Source of the DNA: Pseudobdellovibrionaceae bacterium
Lineage (GTDB): Bacteria > Bdellovibrionota > Bdellovibrionia > Bdellovibrionales > Bdellovibrionaceae
DNA: 50,401 nt
NCBI GenBank assembly: GCA_044359815.1
Contig: JBIKLL010000012.1
Location: 1-50,401 of the forward strand
Reading direction: 5' to 3'
The notes under the pieces are model-generated. The model was not told where the DNA came from, did not search any database, and saw only the letters and a list, made by a program, of their open reading frames with translations. This document shows positions 18,196 to 27,549 of this stretch, in pieces. Both the position numbers and the translations under genes were made by a program. Position 1 is the first letter of the stretch, and each line of letters opens with the position of its first letter.

Positions 18196-19498
18196 ATTCG
18201 CCCAAGCGGTTTCCCATTTTATTCATTAGGGTTTTGCCAAAATTAGAAATTTCTCGTTCGGCTGTGCCGCCTACGTTGGGATCACTGGCAAATTGATTCA
18301 TACCGGCTGAATTAGCAATGGTGAGCCCTGATACACTGACACCTTTATCCAGCATGGTAACTGCTCGGTATAAATTAAGCTGTCTGGAAGTTTTGGTTTT
18401 AGCGGTCAGTGATTGTTTTTGATCACCAGTCGACAAAACATATTTTTTTACGTCTTGATAATCAAAGCTCGGTCGTTTTGACATTACCAACACCGCTGCG
18501 CCACTGACAAAAGCTGTGGCTTGCGAAGTCCCAGTCATAAACCCATAGCCGTTGCCCGGAAGAGTTGACAGAATATTTTGCCCAGGTGCTGCCAGATCCA
18601 CAGTTTGGACTCCGTAGTTTGATGAAGCTAAAACTTCGGTCTTGGGATCAATTGCTGTGACCGAAATGATGTTCGGTAATCCGTAATCAGCCGGGTAGTA
18701 TTTAAACTCATCTGAATTAGATCGCTCGTTACCAGCGGCTGCCACCACCAGGATCCCGGCTTCTTTGGCGGCGACGATGGCATCATATTCTTCTTTGCTA
18801 AAATCAGTGCCACCACCCGAGTAATTGATGATGTTAACTTTTTTTGCCACAGCAAATTTTATGGCTGCGATTGTGTTTTTTAGATTGTCGGTTTTGGGAA
18901 CTTTGGGATCGTAATATTTAAGGACCATCAGACTGACCTTGGGTGAAATTCCGGCAATGCCTTTGCCGTTACCAGCTTCGGCTCCGATGATTCCCGCAAT
19001 GTGTGATCCGTGTCCGTGATTGTCTGACAGATCATGATTGTTTGAAACAAAATTCCATCCGTGCACATTATCAATGTACCCATCACCGTCATCGTCAATG
19101 CCGTTTCTGCGTTTGTCTTTGCCATTGTTATCAAATCCCAGTTCACCGGGGTTGTTCCAGAGGTTGGCCTTAAGGTCTTCGTGATTGACGTCGATGCCGG
19201 TGTCGATCACAGCGACAACTATGTCTGAGTTTCCTTGGGTGATTTCCCAAGCTCTGTTGGCTTGTGATTTTTTAATACCCCAAGCTTCGTTCATAGCAGG
19301 GTCGTTCATAATTACTTTTGATTCGATTTTTGGTGACGGAGTGGGCTTAGCCTTACCCTGATCAACCAGGGGACGTTTAGACTTGAAGCCAAATTTATCC
19401 AGCAAATTAGCGTTTGCCTGTGTGGCAGTCATCAGAGCTAAAGCTATCAAAATGGCGCTGGATAATTTTAAGTGCTTCAAGGATTCCTCCGTATGCAC
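18179..19498 (-). CDS. Secreted subtilisin-like (S8) serine protease
   Basis: Catalytic motifs VIDTG, HGSHIAG, GTSQA; AAGN; signal peptide. Confidence 0.95.
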   Translation of the reverse strand: MHTEESLKHLKLSSAILIALALMTATQANANLLDKFGFKSKRPLVDQGKAKPTPSPKIESKVIMNDPAMNEAWGIKKSQANRAWEITQGNSDIVVAVIDTGIDVNHEDLKANLWNNPGELGFDNNGKDKRRNGIDDDGDGYIDNVHGWNFVSNNHDLSDNHGHGSHIAGIIGAEAGNGKGIAGISPKVSLMVLKYYDPKVPKTDNLKNTIAAIKFAVAKKVNIINYSGGGTDFSKEEYDAIVAAKEAGILVVAAAGNERSNSDEFKYYPADYGLPNIISVTAIDPKTEVLASSNYGVQTVDLAAPGQNILSTLPGNGYGFMTGTSQATAFVSGAAVLVMSKRPSFDYQDVKKYVLSTGDQKQSLTAKTKTSRQLNLYRAVTMLDKGVSVSGLTIANSAGMNQFASDPNVGGTAEREISNFGKTLMNKMGNRLGESNGSK

Positions 19499-19618
19499 TT
19501 AATCAGAGCAATCGCGAGGCCATGTATCACTTTAGCGGTCTGGCCTAACTATATGATTACACTATGGAATATTTTGTTTTAAAGTGGGACATCAGCTATT
19601 AATCAGACACCTGTCAAC

Positions 19619-19816
19619 GATTTGCTAACAGGTACTAGCGCAGTGACTGCTCTAGTGCCTGTTAGCAAATCAAAGGCAGGTGTTGGCGCAGTCACTGAGT
19701 TAGCTTCGCTAGCACTTGTTAGCAATTCAAAGGCATGTGTTGGCGCGGTCACTGAGTTAGCTTCGCTAGCACCTGTTAGCAATTCAAAGGCAGGTGATAG
19801 TGCAGCGATTGAGTTG
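19619..19816. repeat. 53-nt hairpin followed by about three 57-bp tandem palindromic units
   Basis: Units start at 19652, 19709 and 19766 (CTAGCACCTGTTAGCAATTCAAAGGCAGGTG...). 19619-19638 is the inverted copy of 19652-19671. Confidence 0.92.
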
Positions 19817-19849
19817 GTGAAAAATCGATTTTAGTGTTTGAATGAGTTT

Positions 19850-20065
19850 ATGAATTTCACTGTTACTGGGTTTATTGTAGGGATTATTTTTTCTGCGATG
19901 GGATACTATTTTTTTGTAGAGGGAAAAAGACGAACTCTATTTTCCGTTATGATTGCCGGTCTTTTATTATTAATTGTTCCTTTTTTTACTTCATCAAACA
20001 TTCAAGACTTAGTCATTGGTGGCGGCTTATCTGCCTTTTCTATCTGGCAACTTCGCCAAAATTAA
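19850..20065 (+). CDS. Small membrane protein (about 3 TM)
   Basis: GIIFSAMGYYFFVEGKRR followed by hydrophobic segments. Confidence 0.65.
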   Translation: MNFTVTGFIVGIIFSAMGYYFFVEGKRRTLFSVMIAGLLLLIVPFFTSSNIQDLVIGGGLSAFSIWQLRQN

Positions 20066-20153
20066 ATAAAACAGTTAAGCCAGGATCTTTTGTGAGTTTA
20101 AAATCAACTGAAATGTATTGACTAAAATAATGAGACATCAATCACACAGCGCA

Positions 20154-20182
20154 ACCCAGCATCCAAAGTCAGGATGCTGGGT
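20154..20182. terminator. 11-bp perfect hairpin between convergent genes
   Basis: ACCCAGCATCC-N7-GGATGCTGGGT. Confidence 0.6.
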
Positions 20183-20195
20183 ATGATTAAACTGA

Positions 20196-20882
20196 TTAAA
20201 AAGTAAATCCGATTTTGTAATCGACATACAGTTGTGGGGGGCTGAACGAAGCCGCGCCATTATTGCCAAATTTCAATGTGTATCCCTTTAAGGTATTGCT
20301 GACTCCGTAAACGCCGATTTGTTGGGTCAGCGTGGTGCCGGCCGAATAATATCCGCCGCCAGCCATTAGCAATCGACCTGAATCCGATGAGCTAAAGCTT
20401 GTCCCAACAGTTTGTGGAACACCATTGACTGTCAGTGTGGCTCCGGCAAAAGCCGCGGAACCGCTGACTTCCAGATTACTGCTGCCAATGCCAGCGCCGA
20501 AATACATTCCACTGTCAGAAAAACCGTTTAAATAGTATTTACCCAGCAAAGTGGTAGAACTGTATTTAGCACTCAAGCTTGCATCATTTCCCGAAGAAGC
20601 CTTCAAGCTGCTTGTGAAATACTCTGCACCAACGGCCCAATGATCCATAAATCTGAAATTGAATTCCACATCCAATAATCCAAACAATGTCCAAGGTGCT
20701 ACCGTTATATTAAAGCGATCATAATCTGCGGTGGCTCTGGCGTATTCGATCGGTGCGGGTTTGGCCGGAGTTTCCGCTGTTGCTGCAGATCGTTTGGCAA
20801 CAATCCTTTTGGATTGATTTGCCAAAACGTTTTCTGACATCAAAAGGCTTGCTAAAGCAAAAAACAAAATAATCCGTTTCAT
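20196..20882 (-). CDS. Outer-membrane beta-barrel protein
   Basis: AAGGAG before ATG 20882, signal peptide, alternating beta strands, C-terminal YKIGFTF beta-signal. Confidence 0.82.
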   Translation of the reverse strand: MKRIILFFALASLLMSENVLANQSKRIVAKRSAATAETPAKPAPIEYARATADYDRFNITVAPWTLFGLLDVEFNFRFMDHWAVGAEYFTSSLKASSGNDASLSAKYSSTTLLGKYYLNGFSDSGMYFGAGIGSSNLEVSGSAAFAGATLTVNGVPQTVGTSFSSSDSGRLLMAGGGYYSAGTTLTQQIGVYGVSNTLKGYTLKFGNNGAASFSPPQLYVDYKIGFTF

Positions 20883-20895
20883 AGTTATCTCCTTG

Positions 20896-22152
20896 TTAGG
20901 GGCAGTTGTTAGTTGTGCAGTTGATTTGTTGAACACATGCAGGAAAAGTCGCAGGACACTGGACATTTGAAATTCTGGAATTTCCGTACAGATAAATTTT
21001 TAATGGCGACAATGGCATGCCTGTGCTGGAACGCCAGTCTGTCAGTTTCAGATTGTTGATCACAGAGCCTTCATGCAAAGTGACTGGAAATTCGAAGTTT
21101 AATCTTGAGGCTTTTAGGGTCAGGCTTTGCACCGTTGATCTTTGTAAATGAATTCCCTTATTCAGAAAAAACGCAGCCCCTGGTCCCTGATTCAGATTAA
21201 TATCCAATGCTGATACGCCTAACAAAAACAAACCAGTAGAGTCTTCAGTGTACAGTCTGTTTAGGCCAATCAAAAAATCTTTGACCGAATTAAATTTTGG
21301 ATACATCAGCAAAATATTGCCACTGACGTCAGAATCCAGATTTTGAATGTTGTAGGCGCTGACACACAGTCCACCGTAAACTGAATTTCTGCGGCCATCG
21401 TTCCACACGGGGCTGATACCGCTGACTGAAAAGGACAGATTCCGAATGTTTTTCAGTTGCAATGTTGTATTAACATTTGTGTTTAAATTAATGTTTGCAC
21501 TGTTCCAATCAAAAACTGTGCTTACGGATCCTGAAAATGGACTGGTGCCAGTTAAATTAGAATTATGTCGGCCATCAAAATTGGGTTCCCAGTATCCGCG
21601 TAAAAAACTGCCACAGGAACTGATGTTGTAATCAGTGATCTTGGATTTTATTGCTTGGGGCAGTCTGGTGTAAAAATCACCGGCAGGTTGGGTTGTGGTC
21701 GTCGTTGTGATCGGCTGAGTTGTCGTCGTGGTGTTACCTGGTGGATTGCTCGGCTGAGTCGTCGTGGGTGGTTGTGGAAGGGGAATCAGTGGTTGAGTGG
21801 TCGTTGTTGATAGGGTCCGCACAGTTGTTGTCGTACTGTTTTGGCTTCCAGAGCAGGTAATATATGTTCCGTTGCAGGTTGTGTAACCACCAGCCATACA
21901 GCTAAGGGTCATGCCTCCGCCGCAGCTAACAGAAGCTGTTTGGTTTCCTTCGCTCAGATTGCCTGCGCATTGCAGGGATTCGCCAGTGCTGCATGAAATG
22001 CGAACCCCAGGCGCACAACTGACAGTGACATTAGGTGAACATTTTAGCGAAGTCGCTACAGGGACTTCAGTGTTTTGCTGAACTGATCCGCAGGCTGTAA
22101 GGGTCATGGTGATCGCCAGCATTGTTATTGTAAGTACGATTTTTAGTTTCAT
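20896..22152 (-). CDS. Lipoprotein with Cys-periodic N-domain, Thr/Pro linker and beta-rich C-domain
   Basis: LTAC lipobox, GGAGG Shine-Dalgarno, TTTTQP repeats. Confidence 0.8.
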   Translation of the reverse strand: MKLKIVLTITMLAITMTLTACGSVQQNTEVPVATSLKCSPNVTVSCAPGVRISCSTGESLQCAGNLSEGNQTASVSCGGGMTLSCMAGGYTTCNGTYITCSGSQNSTTTTVRTLSTTTTQPLIPLPQPPTTTQPSNPPGNTTTTTQPITTTTTTQPAGDFYTRLPQAIKSKITDYNISSCGSFLRGYWEPNFDGRHNSNLTGTSPFSGSVSTVFDWNSANINLNTNVNTTLQLKNIRNLSFSVSGISPVWNDGRRNSVYGGLCVSAYNIQNLDSDVSGNILLMYPKFNSVKDFLIGLNRLYTEDSTGLFLLGVSALDINLNQGPGAAFFLNKGIHLQRSTVQSLTLKASRLNFEFPVTLHEGSVINNLKLTDWRSSTGMPLSPLKIYLYGNSRISNVQCPATFPACVQQINCTTNNCP

Positions 22153-22379
22153 AAATTCCTCCCGATAACTTAATTATCGAGCTTTTAAATTTCTGAAACC
22201 ATGGTGATTTTGAGCCTGGTTGGCGAACTGTTTGACAATGCAAGATTCAAATTAATTTTATCTGGTTTGCAGACCCGTTCGTCACAAAGATATACAGGGG
22301 TGTGGAGGGATCTTCATCCCGCTACCGTCCCGTGTCCTGAAGTCGCGTGTTTGTTGGACATCTTCAAAAAGAAATTTAG

Positions 22380-24629
22380 TTATTTGTAATTAAAGGTCAG
22401 TGCCGCGTCTTTAACAATGACAGAAACTTTTCCGCCCTTACTAAGGCGCCCAAACAGCAATTCCTCAACCAAAGGTTTTTTTAGATGCTCTTCAACAGTT
22501 CTGGCTATGGGGCGGGCACCATAGGTTTTGCTGTAACCCTTTTCTTTGATAAAACTGACGACTTCAGCACTGACAGAAAAATCCACCAGCTTTTTTTGCA
22601 ATTGCATTTTTAATTCATCAATAGCTTTTTGAACTATCTTGAAAATAATTTGATCGTCCAAATTTGCAAAGGTCACAATGGCCGAAAGCCTATTGATAAA
22701 TTCAGGCGAAAAGGCTTTTTTAATGGCCTCTAGTGAAAATCCTTGGCTTGAAACTTCTGCTATGCCGATAGCGCCTCGGGCGACCTCCAGGGCCCCAGCG
22801 TTTGAGGTCATCACCATTATCACATTCTGAAAATTTGTGATCCTGCCATTGGCGTCTGTCAATCGACCAGCATCCATGACCTGCAACAAAACATTAAAAA
22901 TATCAGGATGAGCTTTTTCCATTTCATCCAGCAACAACACGCAGTAAGGATTTTTAGTCACAGCTTCAGTCAGCTGACCGCCCTCTTCAAAACCCACGTA
23001 CCCTGGGGGCGCTCCGACCAGTCTGGCCACTGTGTGTTTTTCCATGTATTCGCTCATGTCAAAACGAACCAAAGGGATTCCTAAAAAATAAGCCAGCTGT
23101 TTACAGATTTCGGTTTTTCCGACACCGGTCGGTCCTGTGAACAGAAAACTGCCTATGGGTTTTTCGTCATTTCCTAAACCGCTGCGGGACAGTTTTATGC
23201 TGGAAACTAATTTGTCTATAGCTTCGTCCTGACCAAAAATCGCAGCCTTTAGTTTTTTATCAATGTCTTTCAGTAAGCTTTTGTCATCAGCGGAAACGCT
23301 GGACGACGGAACCTGCGAAATCCTGGCTACGGTGTCTTCGATTTCTTTGGCTGAAATAACCTGTCCCACAAATCCTTTCAGATTTGCATAAGCACCGGCT
23401 TCATCGATCACATCAATCGCTTTATCGGGCATTAATTTGTTGTGGATGTATTTTTGTGATAATTCCGCGGCAGCTTTCAGTGAATCTTCCTCGTAATAAA
23501 CATTGTGATGGGTTTCGTAGGATTTTTTAAGACCATTTAAAATTTCAATGGTCTGGGCCACAGTGGGCTCTTTCAAATCGATTTTTTGAAACCTTCTGTT
23601 AAGAGCTCTTTCCTTTTCAAAATACTGTCTGAATTCCTGGTGAGTCGTGGATCCAATGCAAGAAATTTCTCCGTTTGCTAATGCTGGTTTCAGTAAATTC
23701 GAAGCATCCATTGATCCGCCAGAGGTCGCACCGGCGCCCACCAAGGTGTGAATTTCATCAACAAACAACACACAGTTTTTGCGGTCTTTGATTTCTTTGA
23801 TTACGTTTTTCAGTCGGGCTTCAAAATCACCACGAAATTTAGTTCCAGCCAACAATGATCCTAAATCCAAAGAATAAATAATTTTGTTTTTAAGGCTCTC
23901 GGGAACTTTACCTTGAACTATTCTTTGTGCCAGACCTTCTGCCACAGCTGTTTTTCCAACGCCGGGTTCGCCAATCAACAAAGGATTGTTTTTTGTTTTG
24001 CGACACAGGATTTGCATCATTCGTTCTAAAACCTCATCGCGACCGATCAGCGGATCAGTTTTTCCTGACAAGGCTTTTTCATTTAAATTTTGGCAGTAGG
24101 ATTCTAGGGCTGATTTAGTATTTTGCTGTGGCTCAGTGCCAGGGGCCGAAATTAACGGAGTGGGATCCACACCCGGTGTGGGGTCAAAGGCTGCTAGTTG
24201 TTGTATGATATCAAATTGCGAAACACCTTGTTTGGCTAAAAAATGCACCGCAAAGGATTCTTGTTCATAAAAAAGCGCCACCAGCAAATGACCCTCGGAA
24301 ATATGGCTTCTGCCGGCATTTCGGATTTGCATGGCAGATCTTTGAAACAGCCGGTGACAGGCTAATGTGAATTCAGGATGCCAAGAATCAAATCCCCCGT
24401 AGGTATTGATTTGATCATCGGTGATCTTAGGACAGCTTTTTTTAACAAAGGCTTTTAATTCTGATTTTACTTTTTGAACATCGGCATTGCAGGCTTGCAG
24501 TAATTCAACGATTGATGGAGTTTCACACAGTGCCATCAGCACATGTTCCAGGGTTACAAATTCATGCTTAGCCGTTTTTGCCATCTGAACCGCGTCGCCC
24601 AGTCTGCGTTCCAGCTCCTTGGTCATCAT
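22380..24629 (-). CDS. clpA: ATP-dependent Clp protease ATP-binding subunit ClpA
   Basis: Two AAA+ modules (GEPGVGKT, GPTGVGKT), RLVGAPPGYVG; coupled to clpS by ATGA. Confidence 0.96.
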   Translation of the reverse strand: MMTKELERRLGDAVQMAKTAKHEFVTLEHVLMALCETPSIVELLQACNADVQKVKSELKAFVKKSCPKITDDQINTYGGFDSWHPEFTLACHRLFQRSAMQIRNAGRSHISEGHLLVALFYEQESFAVHFLAKQGVSQFDIIQQLAAFDPTPGVDPTPLISAPGTEPQQNTKSALESYCQNLNEKALSGKTDPLIGRDEVLERMMQILCRKTKNNPLLIGEPGVGKTAVAEGLAQRIVQGKVPESLKNKIIYSLDLGSLLAGTKFRGDFEARLKNVIKEIKDRKNCVLFVDEIHTLVGAGATSGGSMDASNLLKPALANGEISCIGSTTHQEFRQYFEKERALNRRFQKIDLKEPTVAQTIEILNGLKKSYETHHNVYYEEDSLKAAAELSQKYIHNKLMPDKAIDVIDEAGAYANLKGFVGQVISAKEIEDTVARISQVPSSSVSADDKSLLKDIDKKLKAAIFGQDEAIDKLVSSIKLSRSGLGNDEKPIGSFLFTGPTGVGKTEICKQLAYFLGIPLVRFDMSEYMEKHTVARLVGAPPGYVGFEEGGQLTEAVTKNPYCVLLLDEMEKAHPDIFNVLLQVMDAGRLTDANGRITNFQNVIMVMTSNAGALEVARGAIGIAEVSSQGFSLEAIKKAFSPEFINRLSAIVTFANLDDQIIFKIVQKAIDELKMQLQKKLVDFSVSAEVVSFIKEKGYSKTYGARPIARTVEEHLKKPLVEELLFGRLSKGGKVSVIVKDAALTFNYK

Positions 24630-24961
24630 GTGGCCTCCACCGTGCATTTTAAGGGGTGACGATTTTGTCTGGCAAATTGGTTTACCTGTAATGACTTCAT
24701 TTCAGCAATTTCTAAACTAAAAACACCCGCGGTGCCCGCGCCTTTTTTGTGAACCTCTAACATAATTGCTTGGGCTTCATCTTCGGTCTTTCCAAAAAAC
24801 CTGCGCAGTACCAAGATCACAAACTCCATTGGAGTGAAATCATCATTTAATAAAAGCACTTTAAACATTTTAGGTGTTTCAACTGCGTTCTCTTGATCTA
24901 AAACCGTTGTGCCTTCTGCATCTGCGGTTTCACCTTTTTTTTGCAACCTGATTAATCCCAT
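24626..24961 (-). CDS. clpS: Clp protease adaptor ClpS
   Basis: VLLLNDDFTPMEFV, MLEVHKKG, HPLKC. Confidence 0.97.
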   Translation of the reverse strand: MGLIRLQKKGETADAEGTTVLDQENAVETPKMFKVLLLNDDFTPMEFVILVLRRFFGKTEDEAQAIMLEVHKKGAGTAGVFSLEIAEMKSLQVNQFARQNRHPLKCTVEAT

Positions 24962-25155
24962 ATTTTGATTTTACACCTCCGCCATCGCCCTTCGCAAGAC
25001 AACCGACCTTAACTAGATTGGGTATGATTAGTGCTTTTGTCTAATGAAACATAAGGTTTTTTGAGACTATCTAGATATAATATATTTGAGGTGTTGAACT
25101 TAATTTATTTAGTCGGCAGAATTTAGAGGTAAGGTTTTAAATTTTTGGAGGGGAT

Positions 25156-25695
25156 ATGAAGTCCAGACAATCAGGGTTTTCTTTAATTGAATTGATGGTA
25201 GTCGTCGCAATATTAGGTGTTTTAGCCATGCTGTCAATTGGTGCAGTTCAAAAGCAAATTGCAAAGGCCAAGCAATCCGAAGCCAAAAGCAATCTGGCGG
25301 CTTTGTATTCTTCTGAAAAAACTTTCGTGGGCGAATATTCTTGTTATTGGTCAGGGTTTACGACAATCGGTTTTGGACTTGAGGGCGAACTGCGGTACGA
25401 AGTTGGCTTTGGTGCCGACACAGCTGGTGCTGTTACAGGTTGTGGTTATAAAGGTGTCTCTACTTTGCCAACTCCAAGGATTGCAAGTGCATATTGTGCG
25501 GCAGCAACCACTTGTTCTATGAATTCGGTCACAACAACGGGTGTTACTTTGGCAGCTGGCTCGGCGACATCAGCCGTGGGAGCGGCTCCAACATTTGTTG
25601 CTGAAGCTCAGGGCTTGATCTATAACGGTCTGACTGACACATGGACATTGGATCAAAACAAAAATTTACAGCAAGTATCAGACGGTATTCAGTAA
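25156..25695 (+). CDS. pilA: Type IVa pilin
   Basis: Prepilin cleavage motif G/FSLIELMVVVAI, then AKQSEAKSNL; GGAGG Shine-Dalgarno. Confidence 0.88.
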   Translation: MKSRQSGFSLIELMVVVAILGVLAMLSIGAVQKQIAKAKQSEAKSNLAALYSSEKTFVGEYSCYWSGFTTIGFGLEGELRYEVGFGADTAGAVTGCGYKGVSTLPTPRIASAYCAAATTCSMNSVTTTGVTLAAGSATSAVGAAPTFVAEAQGLIYNGLTDTWTLDQNKNLQQVSDGIQ

Positions 25696-26330
25696 TAAAT
25701 TATTTATTGGCCGCAGTTTTTATTGCGGTCATTGGTATTTCTGTCAACCAAACCCCAGACAAGATTCAATCTGAGCGCATTTTAATTTCCCCCTTTGCAC
25801 ACCAAGAATTTTTTAGCGCAGGCTTTCAGGCAAATATTGCTGATATGCTGTGGCTCAGAGCCATTCAGGACATGGATTATTGTGAACAATTGATTGCAAA
25901 AAATGTCTGCAAAAACAATGGCTGGCTTTATCGGATGTTGGATTCAATCACGGATTTAGCCCCGGATTTCAGAATGCCTTTTGCTGTGGGGCCTTTGTCA
26001 TTGTCCGTAATTGTAAGCGATATTGAAGGGGCTACCAGGATTTTTGACAAAGCAGTGTTGGCCTTTCCCCAGGATTGGAAAATCCTGTCCAGGGCCGGGT
26101 ATCATGCCCTTTACGAGGAAAAAAACCGACCCAAGGCAGCCGGACTGTATTTAAAGGCTTCACAAAATGGAGCCCCTGAATGGACCTATGCATTGTCATC
26201 AACTTTATTTTTACAATCGGGTCAGTCAAAAATGGTGAAAGAGATCCTTGAAGACATTAAACAAAATGCTGAAATAAGTGACGAAATCAAATCACGGATC
26301 GAAGAAAAATTAAAAAATATTACTGATTGA
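25641..26330 (+). CDS. Pilin-associated membrane-anchored TPR-like protein
   Basis: ADMLWLRAIQ...ITDLAPDFR helical repeats. Start uncertain (ATG 25641 or TTG 25707). Confidence 0.7.
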   Translation: MDIGSKQKFTASIRRYSVINYLLAAVFIAVIGISVNQTPDKIQSERILISPFAHQEFFSAGFQANIADMLWLRAIQDMDYCEQLIAKNVCKNNGWLYRMLDSITDLAPDFRMPFAVGPLSLSVIVSDIEGATRIFDKAVLAFPQDWKILSRAGYHALYEEKNRPKAAGLYLKASQNGAPEWTYALSSTLFLQSGQSKMVKEILEDIKQNAEISDEIKSRIEEKLKNITD

Positions 26331-26357
26331 TTGACGGATCCTGAACGCACCCCATAT
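26331..26357 (+). promoter_or_regulatory. Putative sigma32-type heat-shock promoter of dnaJ
   Basis: TTGACG-N13-CCCCATAT. Confidence 0.6.
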
Positions 26358-26371
26358 TTTAGGGAACTTAT

Positions 26372-27487
26372 ATGTCAACGCGTGATCCCTATGAAATTTT
26401 AGGTGTGGATCGTTCAGCTGATGCTGACACGATTAAGAAGGCTTATCGTAAGCTTGCGATGCAATTTCATCCTGATAAAAACCCTGGCGATCAAGCTGCA
26501 GAAGATAAATTCAAAGAAGCCGCCAGTGCCTATGAAATTCTGAGCAATCCTCAGAAAAAGGCTCAGTATGACCGTTTTGGACACGCTGCTTTTGGGCAGG
26601 CTGCAGGCGGGGCCGGGTTTCAAGACATCAATGATATCTTTTCAAATTTTGGCGATGTGTTTTCAGAATTTTTTGGTGGAGGGTCTTTTGGTGGTCAGGG
26701 GCAAGAACGCAGAAAGCGTCCCCGAAAAGGCTCCGACCTGAGATATATTTCAGAAATCTCGCTCAAAGAAGTTATCGAAGGCGTTGAAAAAGAAATCAAA
26801 TTTGATACCGAAGAATCCTGCAATACTTGTCACGGCAGTGGGGCTGAAAAGGGTTCTCAAGCTGTGACTTGTCCCATCTGCCAAGGTCGTGGTCAGGTTG
26901 TGCGCAGTCAGGGATTTTTTCAGATGGCCACAACCTGCAGCAATTGCCGCGGAGAAGGTTCCGTGATTGGCAGTCCCTGCAAACCCTGCAAGGGCAGAGG
27001 GCGCACAAAAGCATCACGTAAAATCCGAGTGACCATCCCAGCAGGAGTTGATTCGGGGACACGATTACGGCTTTCTGACGAGGGAGAGGGCGGTTTTTTA
27101 GGTGGCCCCAACGGAGATTTATTTGTAGAAATTCATGTCAAAGAAGACCCTCGTTTTGAACGAGAAGATTTTGATTTGCACACCCGTTATTCCTTTAATT
27201 ATCTGCAACTTATTTTGGGTGCAGAGATTGATGTCCCTACGGTCACAGGCCAAATCAAGGTTGAAGTTCCCCCGGGTTCCCAACCGAACAGCCAAATCAG
27301 AATTCCAAATCAGGGAGTTCCTGCCCTAAAGGGCAATCGTCGTGGCGACCTGTATGTCCATATACAAGTGGAAATCCCCAGTAAAATCAGCAAAGAAGAA
27401 GAAGCTTTGCTGACCCAAGTGGCAGAGTCACAAGGGATAAAATGCGGATTGCCAAAGTCTGGTTTTTGGGGCAAAAAAAAATCTTAA
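26372..27487 (+). CDS. dnaJ: Chaperone DnaJ
   Basis: HPD J-domain, G/F-rich region, four CxxCxGxG repeats. Confidence 0.98.
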   Translation: MSTRDPYEILGVDRSADADTIKKAYRKLAMQFHPDKNPGDQAAEDKFKEAASAYEILSNPQKKAQYDRFGHAAFGQAAGGAGFQDINDIFSNFGDVFSEFFGGGSFGGQGQERRKRPRKGSDLRYISEISLKEVIEGVEKEIKFDTEESCNTCHGSGAEKGSQAVTCPICQGRGQVVRSQGFFQMATTCSNCRGEGSVIGSPCKPCKGRGRTKASRKIRVTIPAGVDSGTRLRLSDEGEGGFLGGPNGDLFVEIHVKEDPRFEREDFDLHTRYSFNYLQLILGAEIDVPTVTGQIKVEVPPGSQPNSQIRIPNQGVPALKGNRRGDLYVHIQVEIPSKISKEEEALLTQVAESQGIKCGLPKSGFWGKKKS

Positions 27488-27549
27488 ATTTTGCCCCTTG
27501 ACGGATTCATTCAAATACTCAGATTAGACTTATCAAAGGAGAGTTAACT

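Noticed and set aside
19652..19816. CRISPR array
   Set aside because: The units are contiguous near-identical 57-mers with no unique spacers, and no cas genes are in the window.
22270..22365. Riboswitch (c-di-GMP-I) or sRNA upstream of the lipoprotein gene
   Set aside because: The region is GC-rich with a small hairpin (GGGAT-CTTC-ATCCC) and minus-strand GGA motifs, but the ordered GEMM elements could not be matched by eye. It may just be the clpA 3' UTR; an Infernal scan is needed.
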